This document shows, piece after piece, positions 8,522-19,128 of a stretch of DNA of 64,000 nt. Position 1 is the stretch's first letter. Each line of letters begins with the position of its first letter. Under the pieces are notes generated by a model. It made no database searches. It saw only the letters and a program-made list of their open reading frames with translations, and was not told where the DNA came from. The stretch is from an uncultured Chloroflexia bacterium (GTDB lineage Bacteria > Chloroflexota > Limnocylindria > Limnocylindrales > CSP1-4), in NCBI GenBank assembly GCA_963735785.1, contig CAVTMH010000003.1:613708-677707 (forward strand), read 5' to 3'. Position numbers and translations under genes: made by a program.

Positions 8522-10104
8522 ATGACGACACGCCAGCGCTGGACCCTCCTCGCGACGATCATCGGGTCGGGGTCGGTCTTCCTGGACGGCACGATCGTGA
8601 ACGTGGCGCTGCCGAGGATCGGGCGGGAGCTGCCCTCGTCGGTGTTCGGGGTCCTCGAGGGCCAGACCTACGTCGTGAGCGGCTACCTCGCCGTCCTCGC
8701 CGCACTGCTGATCCTGGCCGGCGCCCTATCCGATCGCTACGGGCGTCGGCGCGTCTACGCCCTCGGTCTTGCCAGCTTCGCGGCGACGTCGGCGCTGTGC
8801 GGGCTCGCGCCCACCCTCGAATGGCTCGTCATCTTCCGGCTGCTGCAGGGCGCGGCCGGCGCTCTGCTCGTGCCCGGAGCGTTATCGCTCATCACCCAGA
8901 CATTCGAGAGCGGGCCGGAGCGCGGACGCGCCTTCGGTCTCTGGGCCGCTGCGACCTCCGGGCTGGTGCTGGTCGGACCGCTTGCCGGTGGGCTGTTGGT
9001 CGACACGATCGGCTGGCGGGTTGCGTTCCTGATCAACGTCCCGGTCCTCGCGTTCGCGCTGTGGGTCGTCATGCGGCATGTGGTGGAGTCGCGCGACACC
9101 CGTTCCTCCCAACGGTTCGACTGGCTCGGATCGGCCGTGGCGGCGATCGCCGTGGGCGGCCTGTCGTTCGGGCTCGTTCGTGGCGGCGAGCGCGATTGGC
9201 AGGACCCCGTGTCGTGGGCGTCGATCGCCGTCGGGGGGCTGGCCCTGGTCGCCTTCCCGATCCTGATGGCGACTCGCCCCGACCCGCTCGTGCCCCTGTC
9301 GCTGTTCCGCTCGCGCGCGTTCACGACGATCAACCTTGCGACGTTCTTCATCTATGGCGCGCTGTACGTCACGTTCAGCTACAGGGGATCCTGTTCCAGA
9401 ACGTGCTGGGGTACACCGCGCTTGCCGCCGGTGCGTCCGGACTCCCCGTCGGGATCTGCCTGACGCTCCTCTCGACGCGCGTCGGGACCGTCGCCGGTCG
9501 GATCGGTGCACGCCCGTTCCTCGTCGTCGGACCCCTGCTCATGGCGGCCGGTCTCCTCTGGTTCGCGCGGATACCGGTCGACTCCGACCCGTGGCTGGCG
9601 TCCGTGCAAGACCCCACGACGCTGATCCCGCCACGGGATTTCTTCATCGACGTCCTGCCGTCGGTCCTGCTCTTCGGGCTCGGCATCTCGTGCATCGTCG
9701 CGCCGCTCACGACCACCCTGATGGGCTCGATCCCGGAGCGCTTCTCCGGGTTGGGGTCCGCCATGAACAACGCCATCGCGAGGGTCGGCCAGCCGCTGCT
9801 CGGGGCCGTCATCTTCGTCGCGATCAGCGCGACCTTCTATTCGTCGCTCGAGGCGCTCGCGCCCGGGCTGGACGTCCGCGATCCCCAGGTGCGCGAGGTG
9901 TTCTCCCCGCTCAATCCGCCGGAGGAGGACGCGACCGCGGCACAGGTCGAGGCCGCCCGGCGCGCCTCCATCGATGCCTTCCACCAGGCGATGCTGGTCG
10001 GGGCCTCGTTGCTGGCTGCGGGCGCCGCGATCTCATGGTACGGCTTGCGCGATGAGCGGTCGCCCCGAGAGGCGGAGGCCGGCGGGGCCCCCGCGGCCGT
10101 CTGA
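8522..10104 (+). pseudogene. MFS transporter (DHA2/EmrB-like, 14-TMS type) interrupted by a -1 frameshift near 9377
   Basis: First frame (8522..~9377) reads MTTRQRWTLLATIIGSGSVFLDGTIVNVALP…FFIYGALYVTF. The protein then continues in another frame (LQGILFQNVLGYTALAAGASGLP… to 10104). Together they give about 527 aa of continuous MFS sequence. Confidence 0.75.
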
Positions 10105-10124
10105 CAGGAAGCCAGAGCACGGCC

Positions 10125-10868
10125 GTGACTCGCGACTGGGATGCCCGGACCTACGACCAAGTCGCCGATCCCATGACCCGCTGGGGCTCCGAGGTGCTCG
10201 ACCGCCTGCCGTTGCGGGGCGACGAACGCGTGCTCGACGCGGGGTGCGGGACCGGGCGCGTGACGGATCGCCTCGTCGAGCGACTGCCGCGCGGCCGGGT
10301 GGTGGCGCTCGACGGGTCGCCGGCGATGGTCGATCTCGCGCGCCAGCGCCTCGCCCGGTTCGGCGATCGCGTCGACTACCTGGTCGCCGATCTGGGCATG
10401 CCTCTGCCGATCGAGGGCGTCGTCGATGCGGTTCTCTCGACCGCGACGTTCCATTGGGTGCCGGACCACGACGCCCTCTTCGCGAACCTCGCCGCGGTCA
10501 CGAGGCCCGGCGGCCGGCTCGTCGCCCAGTGTGGTGGCGCGGGCAATATCGCATCGATCCAGCGCGCGCTGGCGACGATCGGCGACGGCTGGCTCGGCCC
10601 GGTCCATTTCGAGACACCCGAGGCGACGGCACGCCGGCTCACGGCTGCCGGCTTCGACGAGGTCGACTGCTGGCTCACCGAGGAGCCGACACGGTTCGAG
10701 CCCGGCGAGCCCTTCGAGTCATACCTGCGAGCCGTCGTGCTCGGTGGCCACCTGGAGCGCCTGCCGGCGGCCGACCACGACGCGTTCGTCCATGCCGTCG
10801 CCGAGGGGGTCGGCGATCCGCTGATCGACTACGTCCGCCTGAACATCACGGCCCGTCGATCGAGCTGA
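10125..10868 (+). CDS. Class I SAM-dependent methyltransferase (trans-aconitate methyltransferase-like)
   Basis: VLDAGCGTGRVT (motif I), VALDGSPAMV, and a C-terminal domain like Tam. Confidence 0.8.
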   Translation: MTRDWDARTYDQVADPMTRWGSEVLDRLPLRGDERVLDAGCGTGRVTDRLVERLPRGRVVALDGSPAMVDLARQRLARFGDRVDYLVADLGMPLPIEGVVDAVLSTATFHWVPDHDALFANLAAVTRPGGRLVAQCGGAGNIASIQRALATIGDGWLGPVHFETPEATARRLTAAGFDEVDCWLTEEPTRFEPGEPFESYLRAVVLGGHLERLPAADHDAFVHAVAEGVGDPLIDYVRLNITARRSS

Positions 10869-10885
10869 CCGATCGACGGCGGGCG

Positions 10886-11368
10886 TCAGCCCTCCAGATC
10901 GATCGTCTCGATCTCGAGCGTCGGCCGGCCATCGTCGCCGGATGCATGGAATGTGCCCGTGACGGTCACGGATCCCCACCACATCTTCTTGAGGTCGGGC
11001 TCCGTCGTGGTGTCGAGGGCCGCGAGGGTATCGGCCGGGACCTGCCCGGTCAGCCGCACCCCGCCGCCGCACTGCGGTGGGTACGACTCCATCAACAGGG
11101 CGCACAGCTGCGCGGTGCCCTCATCCGCGAGGAAGTTGCCGGTTACGCGGACGATCTTGCCGTCATTGGCCGCTGCGGCGGCGAGCAGGGCGTCGACATC
11201 GATGGCCGCCGGGGCATCGCCGCCCGGCGCGGAGGGAGCCGCCGGCGACGCGGGGGCCTGGGTCGTGGGTGGCGAGGCGGCCGCGCCGGCGCACGCGGCG
11301 AGGACGAACGCGAGGACGGCCACGAGCCAGGCGGCGGCCAAGGGACGACGAGGCGAACGGGCGAGCAT
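10886..11368 (-). CDS. Hypothetical lipoprotein
   Basis: Internal start MLARSPRRPLAAAWLVAVLAFVLAAC-AG gives a signal peptide plus lipobox. No recognisable domain. Confidence 0.5.
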   Translation of the reverse strand: MLARSPRRPLAAAWLVAVLAFVLAACAGAAASPPTTQAPASPAAPSAPGGDAPAAIDVDALLAAAAANDGKIVRVTGNFLADEGTAQLCALLMESYPPQCGGGVRLTGQVPADTLAALDTTTEPDLKKMWWGSVTVTGTFHASGDDGRPTLEIETIDLEG

Positions 11369-11706
11369 CGGATTCTCCGGAGCGCAGGTCGTGGAGGGCT
11401 GATGCGTGTCTCGACGCGGCGCCACGACGGGCGGTTCCGTCAGTCACGCATCGGGAATGGCGCGCCGTGGCCCGGGACGACGACGTCGGCGGCGGCGAGC
11501 ACCCGCGCTCGCCCTCGCTCGCACGCCGCCAGGTCTGACGCGTAGGGGTCGATCCCAGAGCAGGTGGACGGTTGTCATGGCGCCGCAGTGTAGGGCCGCG
11601 CATGGCCACCCGACGCACCCGTGTCGCATCGGGCGCGATGTCCCGGCAGGGCTGCGACGTCGCTGGCAGACTCAGGCAGGCATCCATCCCTGACCGGAGG
11701 CCCGCC

Positions 11707-13365
11707 GTGACTGCGACGCCCGAGCACCCAGCCGATCTCGTCTTCCATGGCGGGCATGTCGTCACCATGGACCCGGCGCGGAGCTGGGCCAGCGGCATGG
11801 CGATACGTGACGGCCGGATCGTTGCCGTCGGCTCCGACCGCGAGGCGGCCGCGACCGTCGGTCCGTCGACACGGGTCATCGACCTGCGGGGCCGGACGGT
11901 CACCCCGGGCTTCCAGGACGCGCACGTGCATCCGGTCCACGGCGGGCTCGCACGCCTGCGTTGCGAGCTCCACGACACGCGCGGCCGCGAGGCATACCTC
12001 GCGGTCATCGCGGAGTACGCCCGAAGTCACCCGGACGAGGCATGGATCCGCGGCGGCGGCTGGTACATGGACGACTTCCCGGGCGGCACGCCTCGCCGCG
12101 AGGACCTCGACGCAATCGTGCCGGATCGGCCGATCTTCCTGCCGAACCGTGACGGTCACAGCGCCTGGGTGAACACGCGCGCGCTCGAGATCGGCGGCGT
12201 CACGGCTGACACGAGCGACCCGCCCGACGGGCGCATCGAGCGAGACGACCGTGGCCACCCGAGCGGGACGCTCCACGAGGGCGCCATGGGACTGGTCGAC
12301 CGCTTCGAGCCCGACGACACTGCGGCCGATCTCGAGGAGGCGCTGCGCATCGGCCAGGCCTACCTGCATTCGCTGGGCATCACGGCCTGGCAGGACGCCA
12401 TCGTCCGGCCCGAGACGGAGGAGCGCGCCTACGTCGCGCTCGCATCGCGGGATGAACTGACGGCCCGGGTCGTCGGGGCGATGTGGTGGGAGCACCACCG
12501 CGGCGAGGAGCAGATCGAGGAATTCGTCGAACGTCGCACGGCCACATCCATGGGTCGCTACCGGGCCATCAGCGTGAAGCTGATGATGGATGGTGTTCTC
12601 GAGAACTTCACCGGCGCCATGCTCGAGCCGTATGGCGATGGCCGCGGGGGCACGACCGAGAATCGTGGCCTGCTCCAGATCGACCCGGCGGGGCTCGCCA
12701 GCTGGGTGCCGCGCCTCGATGCGCTCGGCTTCCAGGCGCATTTCCACGCGATCGGCGATCGGGCGGTCCGGGCCTCGCTCGACGCCGTTTCTGCGGCGCG
12801 CGCGCAGAACGGCCCATCCGATACCCGCCCGCACATCGCGCATATCCAGGTGATCCACCCCGACGACATCGGCCGGTTCCGCGAGCTGGGTGTCGCGGCC
12901 AACGCGCAGCCCTACTGGGCCTGTCACGAAGGGCAGATGGACAACCTGACGATCCCGTTCCTTGGCGACCGGTGGCGCTGGCAATACCCGTTCCGCTCGC
13001 TGCGGGCGGCGGGCGCGGTCCTCGCGATGGGCTCGGACTGGAGCGTATCCACCCCGAACCCGCTGCTCGAGATGGAGCTGGCAGTCGAGCGCGTCGCCGA
13101 TGAGAGCCGCGGTATCCGCGATCCATTCCTGCCCGACGAGCGGCTGGATCTCGTGGACGCGCTGGCCGCCTTCACGGCCGGGTCCGCCTACGTCAACCAC
13201 CTCGACACCGAGACCGGGACGCTCGAGGTCGGCAAGGCGGCGGATCTCGCTGTCCTGGACCGCGACCTGTTCGATCGAGGCGCCGGCCCGATCGGGGACA
13301 CCAGGGTGGTCGGCACGTTCGTCGACGGCGCGTCCGTGTACGAGGAGCCCGCCCTCGAGGGCTGA
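11707..13365 (+). CDS. Amidohydrolase family protein (Amidohydro_3, metal-dependent hydrolase)
   Basis: HGGHVVTMDP…AIRDGRIVAVG…TPGFQDAHVHPVHGG… and the C-terminal GSDW…P motif. GTG at 11707 follows GGAGG by 7 nt. Alternative upstream ATG at 11638. Confidence 0.75.
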   Translation: MTATPEHPADLVFHGGHVVTMDPARSWASGMAIRDGRIVAVGSDREAAATVGPSTRVIDLRGRTVTPGFQDAHVHPVHGGLARLRCELHDTRGREAYLAVIAEYARSHPDEAWIRGGGWYMDDFPGGTPRREDLDAIVPDRPIFLPNRDGHSAWVNTRALEIGGVTADTSDPPDGRIERDDRGHPSGTLHEGAMGLVDRFEPDDTAADLEEALRIGQAYLHSLGITAWQDAIVRPETEERAYVALASRDELTARVVGAMWWEHHRGEEQIEEFVERRTATSMGRYRAISVKLMMDGVLENFTGAMLEPYGDGRGGTTENRGLLQIDPAGLASWVPRLDALGFQAHFHAIGDRAVRASLDAVSAARAQNGPSDTRPHIAHIQVIHPDDIGRFRELGVAANAQPYWACHEGQMDNLTIPFLGDRWRWQYPFRSLRAAGAVLAMGSDWSVSTPNPLLEMELAVERVADESRGIRDPFLPDERLDLVDALAAFTAGSAYVNHLDTETGTLEVGKAADLAVLDRDLFDRGAGPIGDTRVVGTFVDGASVYEEPALEG

Positions 13366-13497
13366 GGGGTCCATCCGGGGCATGGACAGATGACGATGGT
13401 GTTTCGGCAACGGACGACGGTGGTCGCCGAACCCCGTTGGGGCGATGCTCCTGTTGCGCACCGGATGGACCGGGACGCAGAAAGGAGCGATCAAGCA

Positions 13498-13707
13498 ATG
13501 AACTCGTATTCGATCCTCATCGTCAACGAGCACATCCAGTATCTGCTCGACGAGGCGGCGGCTCACCGCGCGGCCAAGGTCGAGAAGCCCGGACTGTTCG
13601 AGCGGATCGCTTCCGCTGCATCCTCGGTCAAGGCGGCGATCGACGCCCCTGCCGACTACAGCCGCTCGATCCTTCCGCCGCTCCACGACTATCCGTACCG
13701 GAGCTGA
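13498..13707 (+). CDS. Hypothetical small protein (69 aa)
   Basis: ATG preceded by AAAGGAG. MNSYSILIVNEHIQYLLDEAAAHRAAKVEK…. No recognised family. Confidence 0.4.
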   Translation: MNSYSILIVNEHIQYLLDEAAAHRAAKVEKPGLFERIASAASSVKAAIDAPADYSRSILPPLHDYPYRS

Positions 13708-13750
13708 GGCTTCCTCCCCTCGGTTTCGCCGACCTCCCTCCCAAACGCGA

Positions 13751-13780
13751 ACGACCCCCGGATCCTCCTCCGGGGGTCGT
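13751..13780. terminator. Bidirectional intrinsic-terminator-like hairpin between convergent genes
   Basis: ACGACCCCCGGA-TCCTCC-TCCGGGGGTCGT. Perfect 12-bp GC-rich stem with a 6-nt loop, between the 13498..13707(+) and 13805..14092(-) genes. Confidence 0.55.
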
Positions 13781-13804
13781 CGTGTGTCCCCAGCCTGGGA
13801 ACCG

Positions 13805-14092
13805 TCAGTCGCGCTCGCCGCGCAGCCGACGCATCTCCCGCTGGATCTCCGCCTCGCGCCGCGCGTCGTTGACGCCGTAGACCGTCCACCAGTGCGCGAC
13901 GAGCCCGATCCCCCACCCGATCGAGGCGAAGGCCGGCCATGGCACGCCCGGCGTGCGATCGGTCGTGAACCAGATGGCCCAGAGGAACCCGTTCACGAGC
14001 ACGTAGATCAACAGGTGGATGCGGAAGTCCTCGCGGGCCTTGACGCGTCCTTCGGCCCGGGCGCGCAGGTCGTCGTCGGATGTCGTCGTCAT
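13805..14092 (-). CDS. 2TM domain-containing protein
   Basis: REDFRIHLLIYVLVNGFLWAIWFTT…GWGIGLVAHWW matches the characteristic 2TM domain architecture. Confidence 0.7.
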   Translation of the reverse strand: MTTTSDDDLRARAEGRVKAREDFRIHLLIYVLVNGFLWAIWFTTDRTPGVPWPAFASIGWGIGLVAHWWTVYGVNDARREAEIQREMRRLRGERD

Positions 14093-14131
14093 GGCATCGC
14101 CTCCGATCGTAGTGTCGTCCCGACCACCGTA

Positions 14132-14722
14132 CTACGCTGGCTCCAGGTCCCCTGGCGTGTCGATGTCGTGGAGCGTCGCCGCGCCGGGATCGTCGCGCCG
14201 CCATGACGCCTCTGGGACGACGTGCGCGGCAAGGGCCTCGGGCAGGGCGCGAAACCGCCGCTCACCCCTATCCAGAAGCTCCCGCGCGGCCACCTCGCCG
14301 CGCCGGCGATCCAGCGCGAGCGGCAACGGCTGCGGGTCGCCCTCGCTCCCCAGGACCGCGGCCGCGTGTCCCGAAACGATCGCCCCCACCAGGCGCTCGA
14401 GCACCGCCGGCACGAGCGACGGCATGTCCCCAGCGACGACCATCACCCGCTCGATCCCTGGATCGAGGGCCGCGAGACCCGCCACGACGCCCACGAGCGG
14501 GCCGTCGAAGGCCGCGGGATCGTGGGCGATGCGGACGCCGTCGGGCACCGTCGGCTCGACGCCCGGACCGGTGACGACGACGACGTCTGTCGCCACGACA
14601 CACACCGCGGCGATGGCGTGATCGAGTAGCGGTCGGCCGTCGATCAACTCGGCCAACTTGTCCCGACCAAACCTCGTCGAGCGGCCCCCCGCGAGCACGA
14701 TCGCCCCAGTCCGCTCGGTCAC
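14132..14722 (-). CDS. mobA: Molybdenum cofactor guanylyltransferase
   Basis: [23 protein letters not shown]…VVAGDMP motifs. GTG start overlaps the selB stop (GTGA). The longer track ORF (to 15007) is an N-terminal extension overlapping selB. Confidence 0.8.
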   Translation of the reverse strand: MTERTGAIVLAGGRSTRFGRDKLAELIDGRPLLDHAIAAVCVVATDVVVVTGPGVEPTVPDGVRIAHDPAAFDGPLVGVVAGLAALDPGIERVMVVAGDMPSLVPAVLERLVGAIVSGHAAAVLGSEGDPQPLPLALDRRRGEVAARELLDRGERRFRALPEALAAHVVPEASWRRDDPGAATLHDIDTPGDLEPA

Positions 14723-16506
14723 GGCACGGCCTCGGTCCGGCGTGGAGCCCTCGAGCCGGGAACATGGCCGTTTGGCGTGCGTCGCAGGATGGCCCGCCGG
14801 TCGAGGTCCTCCAGGATCGCCAGCACGTACTTGCGGCTGGTGCCGGTCGCGTCGCGGTAGGCCGCCGGTGTCAGGGGCTCGCGGGCGGCCATCGAGAGCG
14901 CCGTGGCCGTGAGATCTCGGTATGCGGACATCTCGTATGCGAGATCCGGCTCCAGGACGACGATCCGAGCGGCCCGCTCCAGCGCCCGAACCCCAGCCGG
15001 CGGGCACCCCGCGACCCGGGCGGCATCGGCGAGCGGGGGTGGGGCCGGGACCGCAAGCAGTGCCTCGAGGCGGTCCATGGCCGCGGCCAGTCCGGGGTCG
15101 ACGATCCTCCCCGCAGATCCTGGGTGGCGGAGGGTGTCGCCGTCCCGGACGAGGCGGCCGTCCGCCACCAGGCCCTCGATCACCGGCCCTGCCGCCGCCA
15201 AGGCCCGGTCTCGGCGGATGGTCACAGCGCGACGGAGCGTGGCTGCCACGACCGAGCGCACCTGGCCGAGCGTCGCCTCGTCCTTGACGACGGTGAGCGC
15301 ACCGGCCGCCGCCAGCTCGCGAACGTCGGGGGCGAGGACGGTCCGGCCCCCGTCGGCGATGGCGCCATGCAACGCGAGCCGCGCGCCGGGGTCGCGACCC
15401 GCCGCCGCGAGCATCGCGACACGCGCCGCCGTCTGACGCCGCCGCGAGATCCCCCGCGGGGGCGCCACGTCCAGGACGACCCCGCCGACGGGGAGCACCG
15501 CCGAGCCCCGTCGCAGGACGAAGCGATCACCGGGAGCCAGGGCGATGGGCGCGCCGAGTCGGACGATCCCGGCGGGCGTCCCGTCCGGCAGCTCCAGGGC
15601 GTCGCGCCCGGCCCGACCGACCGAGGCTTCCGCAGCGGCCGTGCCCGCGTGGAACCTGGCGCGGGTTCGGTCCGCGAGCGGCCCGCCGAACGCGACGAGT
15701 GCCCGGTCCGTGGCATGCACGAGCGGATCGTTGGTGAGCGCCAATCCCCGATGCAGCTCCCCGATATCGACACCGGCGAGGTTCAGCGCCGTGCGCCCGC
15801 CTCCCTGGACGCGATCGACGGCCCCGCCGTGGACCTGGATCTCGCGGATCCGGACGACCCGGTCGCCGGGGACCAGTCGAAGCGTGTCGCCACGGTCGAG
15901 CGAGCCGCCCCGGAGGGTGCCGGTGACGACAGCGCCACGGCCCTTCAGCGAGAACACCCGGTCGATGGCAAGCGTCGGCGGGCGTGCGGGCGGCCGATGC
16001 CCGGCGACCAGCGCCAGGATCGCGGCACGGACGGCGTCCACGCCTTCCCCGGTCAGAGCGGAGGCGGCGAGGACCGGGGAGCCGGCAAGGGACGTCGGCG
16101 CGAGGAGGTCGGCCACGGCCGCGACGACGGCAGCGACCCGCTCCGGATCAACGGCGTCGATCTTGGTGACGACCGCGAGACCGAAGCCGACGCCGAGGGC
16201 ATCGAGCAGCGCCAGGTGCTCGAGCGTCTGTGCGCGAGGGCCATCGTCGGCGGCCACGACGAGCATCACCGCGTCGATCTCGCCGGCGCCGACGAGCATG
16301 TTCCCGACCAGCTTGTCGTGGCCCGGCACGTCGACGAAGTCGATCGCCTGTCCGTCGTCGAGCGTGAGATGCGCGTAGCCGACGTCGATGGTCATCCCGC
16401 GCCGGCGCTCCTCCGGCAACCGGTCAGCGTCGATCCCGGTCAGTGCTTGCAGCAGCGTGGTCTTGCCGTGGTCGATATGGCCCGCGGTGCCGACGACGAT
16501 GGTCAC
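14719..16506 (-). CDS. selB: Selenocysteine-specific translation elongation factor
   Basis: G-domain [11 protein letters not shown]…DVPGH…TKID. Long C-terminal winged-helix extension. Position is between selA and mobA. Confidence 0.85.
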   Translation of the reverse strand: MTIVVGTAGHIDHGKTTLLQALTGIDADRLPEERRRGMTIDVGYAHLTLDDGQAIDFVDVPGHDKLVGNMLVGAGEIDAVMLVVAADDGPRAQTLEHLALLDALGVGFGLAVVTKIDAVDPERVAAVVAAVADLLAPTSLAGSPVLAASALTGEGVDAVRAAILALVAGHRPPARPPTLAIDRVFSLKGRGAVVTGTLRGGSLDRGDTLRLVPGDRVVRIREIQVHGGAVDRVQGGGRTALNLAGVDIGELHRGLALTNDPLVHATDRALVAFGGPLADRTRARFHAGTAAAEASVGRAGRDALELPDGTPAGIVRLGAPIALAPGDRFVLRRGSAVLPVGGVVLDVAPPRGISRRRQTAARVAMLAAAGRDPGARLALHGAIADGGRTVLAPDVRELAAAGALTVVKDEATLGQVRSVVAATLRRAVTIRRDRALAAAGPVIEGLVADGRLVRDGDTLRHPGSAGRIVDPGLAAAMDRLEALLAVPAPPPLADAARVAGCPPAGVRALERAARIVVLEPDLAYEMSAYRDLTATALSMAAREPLTPAAYRDATGTSRKYVLAILEDLDRRAILRRTPNGHVPGSRAPRRTEAVP

Positions 16507-17885
16507 GCCGCGCCGCCGAGCACCCGCTCGATCGTCCGCGCGAGGGCGTCATCCGACTGCGGATCGACGGTTCGGAGGTCCAGCACGACCCGCCCATCCT
16601 CGATCCGGCCGATCACAGGCGGATCCTCGCGCCGGAGAGCGGCGAGCACACCCACGGCTGAGGGCCCGCTCAGGCGCAGCCCGACCGACGGCAGGGTCTC
16701 CCCGGGCAGCGAGCCCCCTCCGACGGTCGATCGCAGGTCGACCATCTCGACCGCGCCGCCGACGCGCGCGCAAAGCCGTTCAGCCCGCTCGCGGAGCGCG
16801 TCCGGTGTCGTCGCGATCATCTGCCAGACCGGGATGTCCGTCGTGGCGCGGCCGGCCCGATAGAGCCCGAGGGTCAACGCCACACCGGCCATCGTCACCT
16901 TGTCCGGTCGCATCGCCCGGGCGAGTGGATCGCGTCGCATCCTGGCGACGAGGGTCGAGCGGCCCACCACGAGGCCCGCCTGTGGCCCGCCGACCAGCTT
17001 GTCGCCGCTGAACGTGACGACATCGGAGCCGGCGCCCAGACGCTCGGACGGCATAGGCTCGTGGGCGAGGCCGAAGGCCGTCGTGTCGAGCAGCGCCCCG
17101 GAGCCCAGGTCGTCGATGACGATGGCGTCGTGACGGTGCGCGAGGTCGGCGACGGCAGCCGGGTCGGGGCTCTCGGTGAAGCCGGACATCGTGAAATTGG
17201 ACTGGTGGACGCGAAGTACGGCGCGGGCACGGCCCTCCGCGAGCGGCGCCTCGAAGTCGTCGGCGCGGGTCCGATTGGTCGTCCCGACCTCGATCAGCTT
17301 CGCACCGGCGCGACGCACGATATCCGGGATCCGCACGCCGCCGCCGATCTCGACGAGCTCCCCGCGCGAGACGACCACGCCCCCGCGACCCGCCAGACCC
17401 ACGGCGAGGGCGAGCGCCGCCGCGTTGTTGTTCGTGACGAGGGCATCCTCGGCGCCGGTCAGCGCGACGAGGTGGTCCTCGGCGATGCGTGCCCGCGCCC
17501 CGCGCCGACCCGTTTCGCGGTCGAGCTCGAGCAGCATCGCCTGTGTCGCCAGCGCGGCGGCCGACTCCGCGGCGGCGGGCGGCCAGGGCGCGCGACCCAG
17601 GTTCGTGTGGACGATGACGCCCGTCGCGTTGATGACGGCTGGCGGCGCCGCACCGACCTGCCCGGCGAATGCGTCGAGTCGATCCAGCACCGAGGTGGCC
17701 AAGCGGTCCAGGTCCGGCGGCACCGAGCCGTCCGAGCGCAGGCGTTCGCGCTCGGCATTCACGACCTCTCGCGCCACGGCGACGACCGCCCCGGCCTCTC
17801 GCGGACCCGGCAGCCGATCGCGCACGCGCGCGAGCACGTGCTCGACGCTGGGCGGGCGCGGCCGGGCGGCCGGCTTCGACGACAT
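16503..17885 (-). CDS. selA: L-seryl-tRNA(Sec) selenium transferase
   Basis: SelA signatures including [17 protein letters not shown] and [13 protein letters not shown] (PLP lysine). ATG at 17885 lies 20 nt downstream of tRNA-Sec. The track ORF extension to 17984 overlaps the tRNA and is rejected. Confidence 0.85.
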   Translation of the reverse strand: MSSKPAARPRPPSVEHVLARVRDRLPGPREAGAVVAVAREVVNAERERLRSDGSVPPDLDRLATSVLDRLDAFAGQVGAAPPAVINATGVIVHTNLGRAPWPPAAAESAAALATQAMLLELDRETGRRGARARIAEDHLVALTGAEDALVTNNNAAALALAVGLAGRGGVVVSRGELVEIGGGVRIPDIVRRAGAKLIEVGTTNRTRADDFEAPLAEGRARAVLRVHQSNFTMSGFTESPDPAAVADLAHRHDAIVIDDLGSGALLDTTAFGLAHEPMPSERLGAGSDVVTFSGDKLVGGPQAGLVVGRSTLVARMRRDPLARAMRPDKVTMAGVALTLGLYRAGRATTDIPVWQMIATTPDALRERAERLCARVGGAVEMVDLRSTVGGGSLPGETLPSVGLRLSGPSAVGVLAALRREDPPVIGRIEDGRVVLDLRTVDPQSDDALARTIERVLGGAA

Positions 17886-17905
17886 CGTTCCTCCATCGCG
17901 ACGCG

Positions 17906-18002
17906 TGGCGGGAGCGCGTGGGAGTCGAACCCACCGAGCCACGCCGAGCGCGGCGCCACCGGTTTTGAAGACCGGGGGACCCACCGGGACCCCTCCGCTC
18001 CC
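17906..18002 (-). tRNA. selC: tRNA-Sec (anticodon UCA)
   Basis: Reverse strand reads GGGAGCGGAGGGGTCCCGGTGGGTCCCCCGGTCTTCAAAACCGG…GGTTCGACTCCCACGCGCTCCCGCCA. It has a long acceptor stem, anticodon loop CU-UCA-AA, long variable arm, T-arm GGTTCGACTCC and encoded CCA. Confidence 0.85.
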
Positions 18003-18066
18003 ACGCTCGATGGTAGCGCGGGCGCGGCCGACGGCCCGCGGCCGACGGCGGACCTATCATCGCGGC

Positions 18067-19128
18067 ATGACCACGCTCGACGCCGCGCCGCCGCTTCGCC
18101 TGACCACGATGACCGGCTGCGGCGGATGTGCGGCGAAGCTCGGGGCGGACCTGCTGGCGGACGCCTTGTCCGGCCTTCGCGCGGAGGCAGCGGGGGTCGA
18201 TGCGGACGGCGCGCTCATCGCCGGCCTCGCGCCGCCCGACGATGGCGTGGCCTATCGGGTCAGCGACGACCTCGCGATCATCGGCACGCTCGACTTCTTT
18301 CCGCCGCTCGTCGACGATCCTCGGACGTTCGGGGAGATCGCCGCGGCCAACGCCCTGAGCGACGTGTTCGCGATGGGCGGCCGGGTGCTGTTCGCCCTGT
18401 CGATCGCGGCATTCCCCGAGGAGCTGCCGCGGGACGTGCTGGCCGCGATCTTCGACGGGGCGTCATCGAAGGTCCGCGAAGCCGGGGGCACGCTGGCCGG
18501 CGGTCATACGATCCGCGACCCGGAGCCCAAGTACGGACTCGCGGTCGTCGGGGCAGCGCACCCGGACAAGCTCCTGCGCAAGGGAGGCGCGGTGCCGGGT
18601 GACGTCCTCGTGCTCACGAAGCGGCTCGGGACCGGGGTCCTCGTCTCGGGCTCGCGGCAGGGCCGGACGAGTGCCGCGGATCTGGTGACGGCCATCGACG
18701 GGATGCGGACGCTCAACCGGGCGGCCTCGGAGGTATTCGTCGCGGCAGGCATCCGAGGGGCCACCGACGTCACGGGCTTCGGCCTGCTCGGGCACGGCCT
18801 CGAGATGGCCCGGACGTCGGACACCCGGTTCGTCTTCGACGCGGATTCCCTGCCGGCACTGCCGGGTGCGCTGGAACTGGCCGCGGCCGGCGTGGAGACC
18901 GGCGGGGCGGCGCACAACCGGCGCTTTGTGGCGGCGGCCCTGGAGGTCGCGCACGAGGTGAACCCGGCGCTGGTCACGTTGGCGCACGATCCGCAGACGA
19001 GCGGCGGGCTGCTCGCGGCCGTCGCGGCTGATCGGCACGAGACCGTGGACCTCGCGCTCGCGGATGCCGGTATCGAGCGGCACTGGATCGGACGGGTCGA
19101 CGCCGGCGCGGGCGTCGCACTGCGGTGA
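18067..19128 (+). CDS. selD: Selenide, water dikinase (Cys-type)
   Basis: MTTLDAAPPLRLTTMTGCGGCAAK (Cys at the catalytic position) and a downstream AIR-synthase-like fold (GGHTIRDPEPKYGLAVVG). The track ORF starting at 17176 is a spurious extension across tRNA-Sec. Confidence 0.85.
   Translation: MTTLDAAPPLRLTTMTGCGGCAAKLGADLLADALSGLRAEAAGVDADGALIAGLAPPDDGVAYRVSDDLAIIGTLDFFPPLVDDPRTFGEIAAANALSDVFAMGGRVLFALSIAAFPEELPRDVLAAIFDGASSKVREAGGTLAGGHTIRDPEPKYGLAVVGAAHPDKLLRKGGAVPGDVLVLTKRLGTGVLVSGSRQGRTSAADLVTAIDGMRTLNRAASEVFVAAGIRGATDVTGFGLLGHGLEMARTSDTRFVFDADSLPALPGALELAAAGVETGGAAHNRRFVAAALEVAHEVNPALVTLAHDPQTSGGLLAAVAADRHETVDLALADAGIERHWIGRVDAGAGVALR

Noticed and set aside
10886-13686. 703-aa minus-strand ORF 11575..13686 antisense to the amidohydrolase
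   Set aside because: No domain similarity; Arg/Gly/Pro-rich. The plus-strand amidohydrolase has clear metal-binding motifs.
17176-18066. N-terminal extension making selD 650 aa, and the selA ORF extension to 17984
   Set aside because: Both extensions read across the tRNA-Sec gene (17906-18002) and give low-complexity sequence. The conserved SelD and SelA N-termini begin at 18067 and 17885.
18067-19128. Possibility that selD itself is a selenoprotein (Sec instead of Cys)
   Set aside because: The catalytic position reads TGC-GGC-GGA-TGT (C-G-G-C) with ordinary Cys codons; no in-frame TGA.
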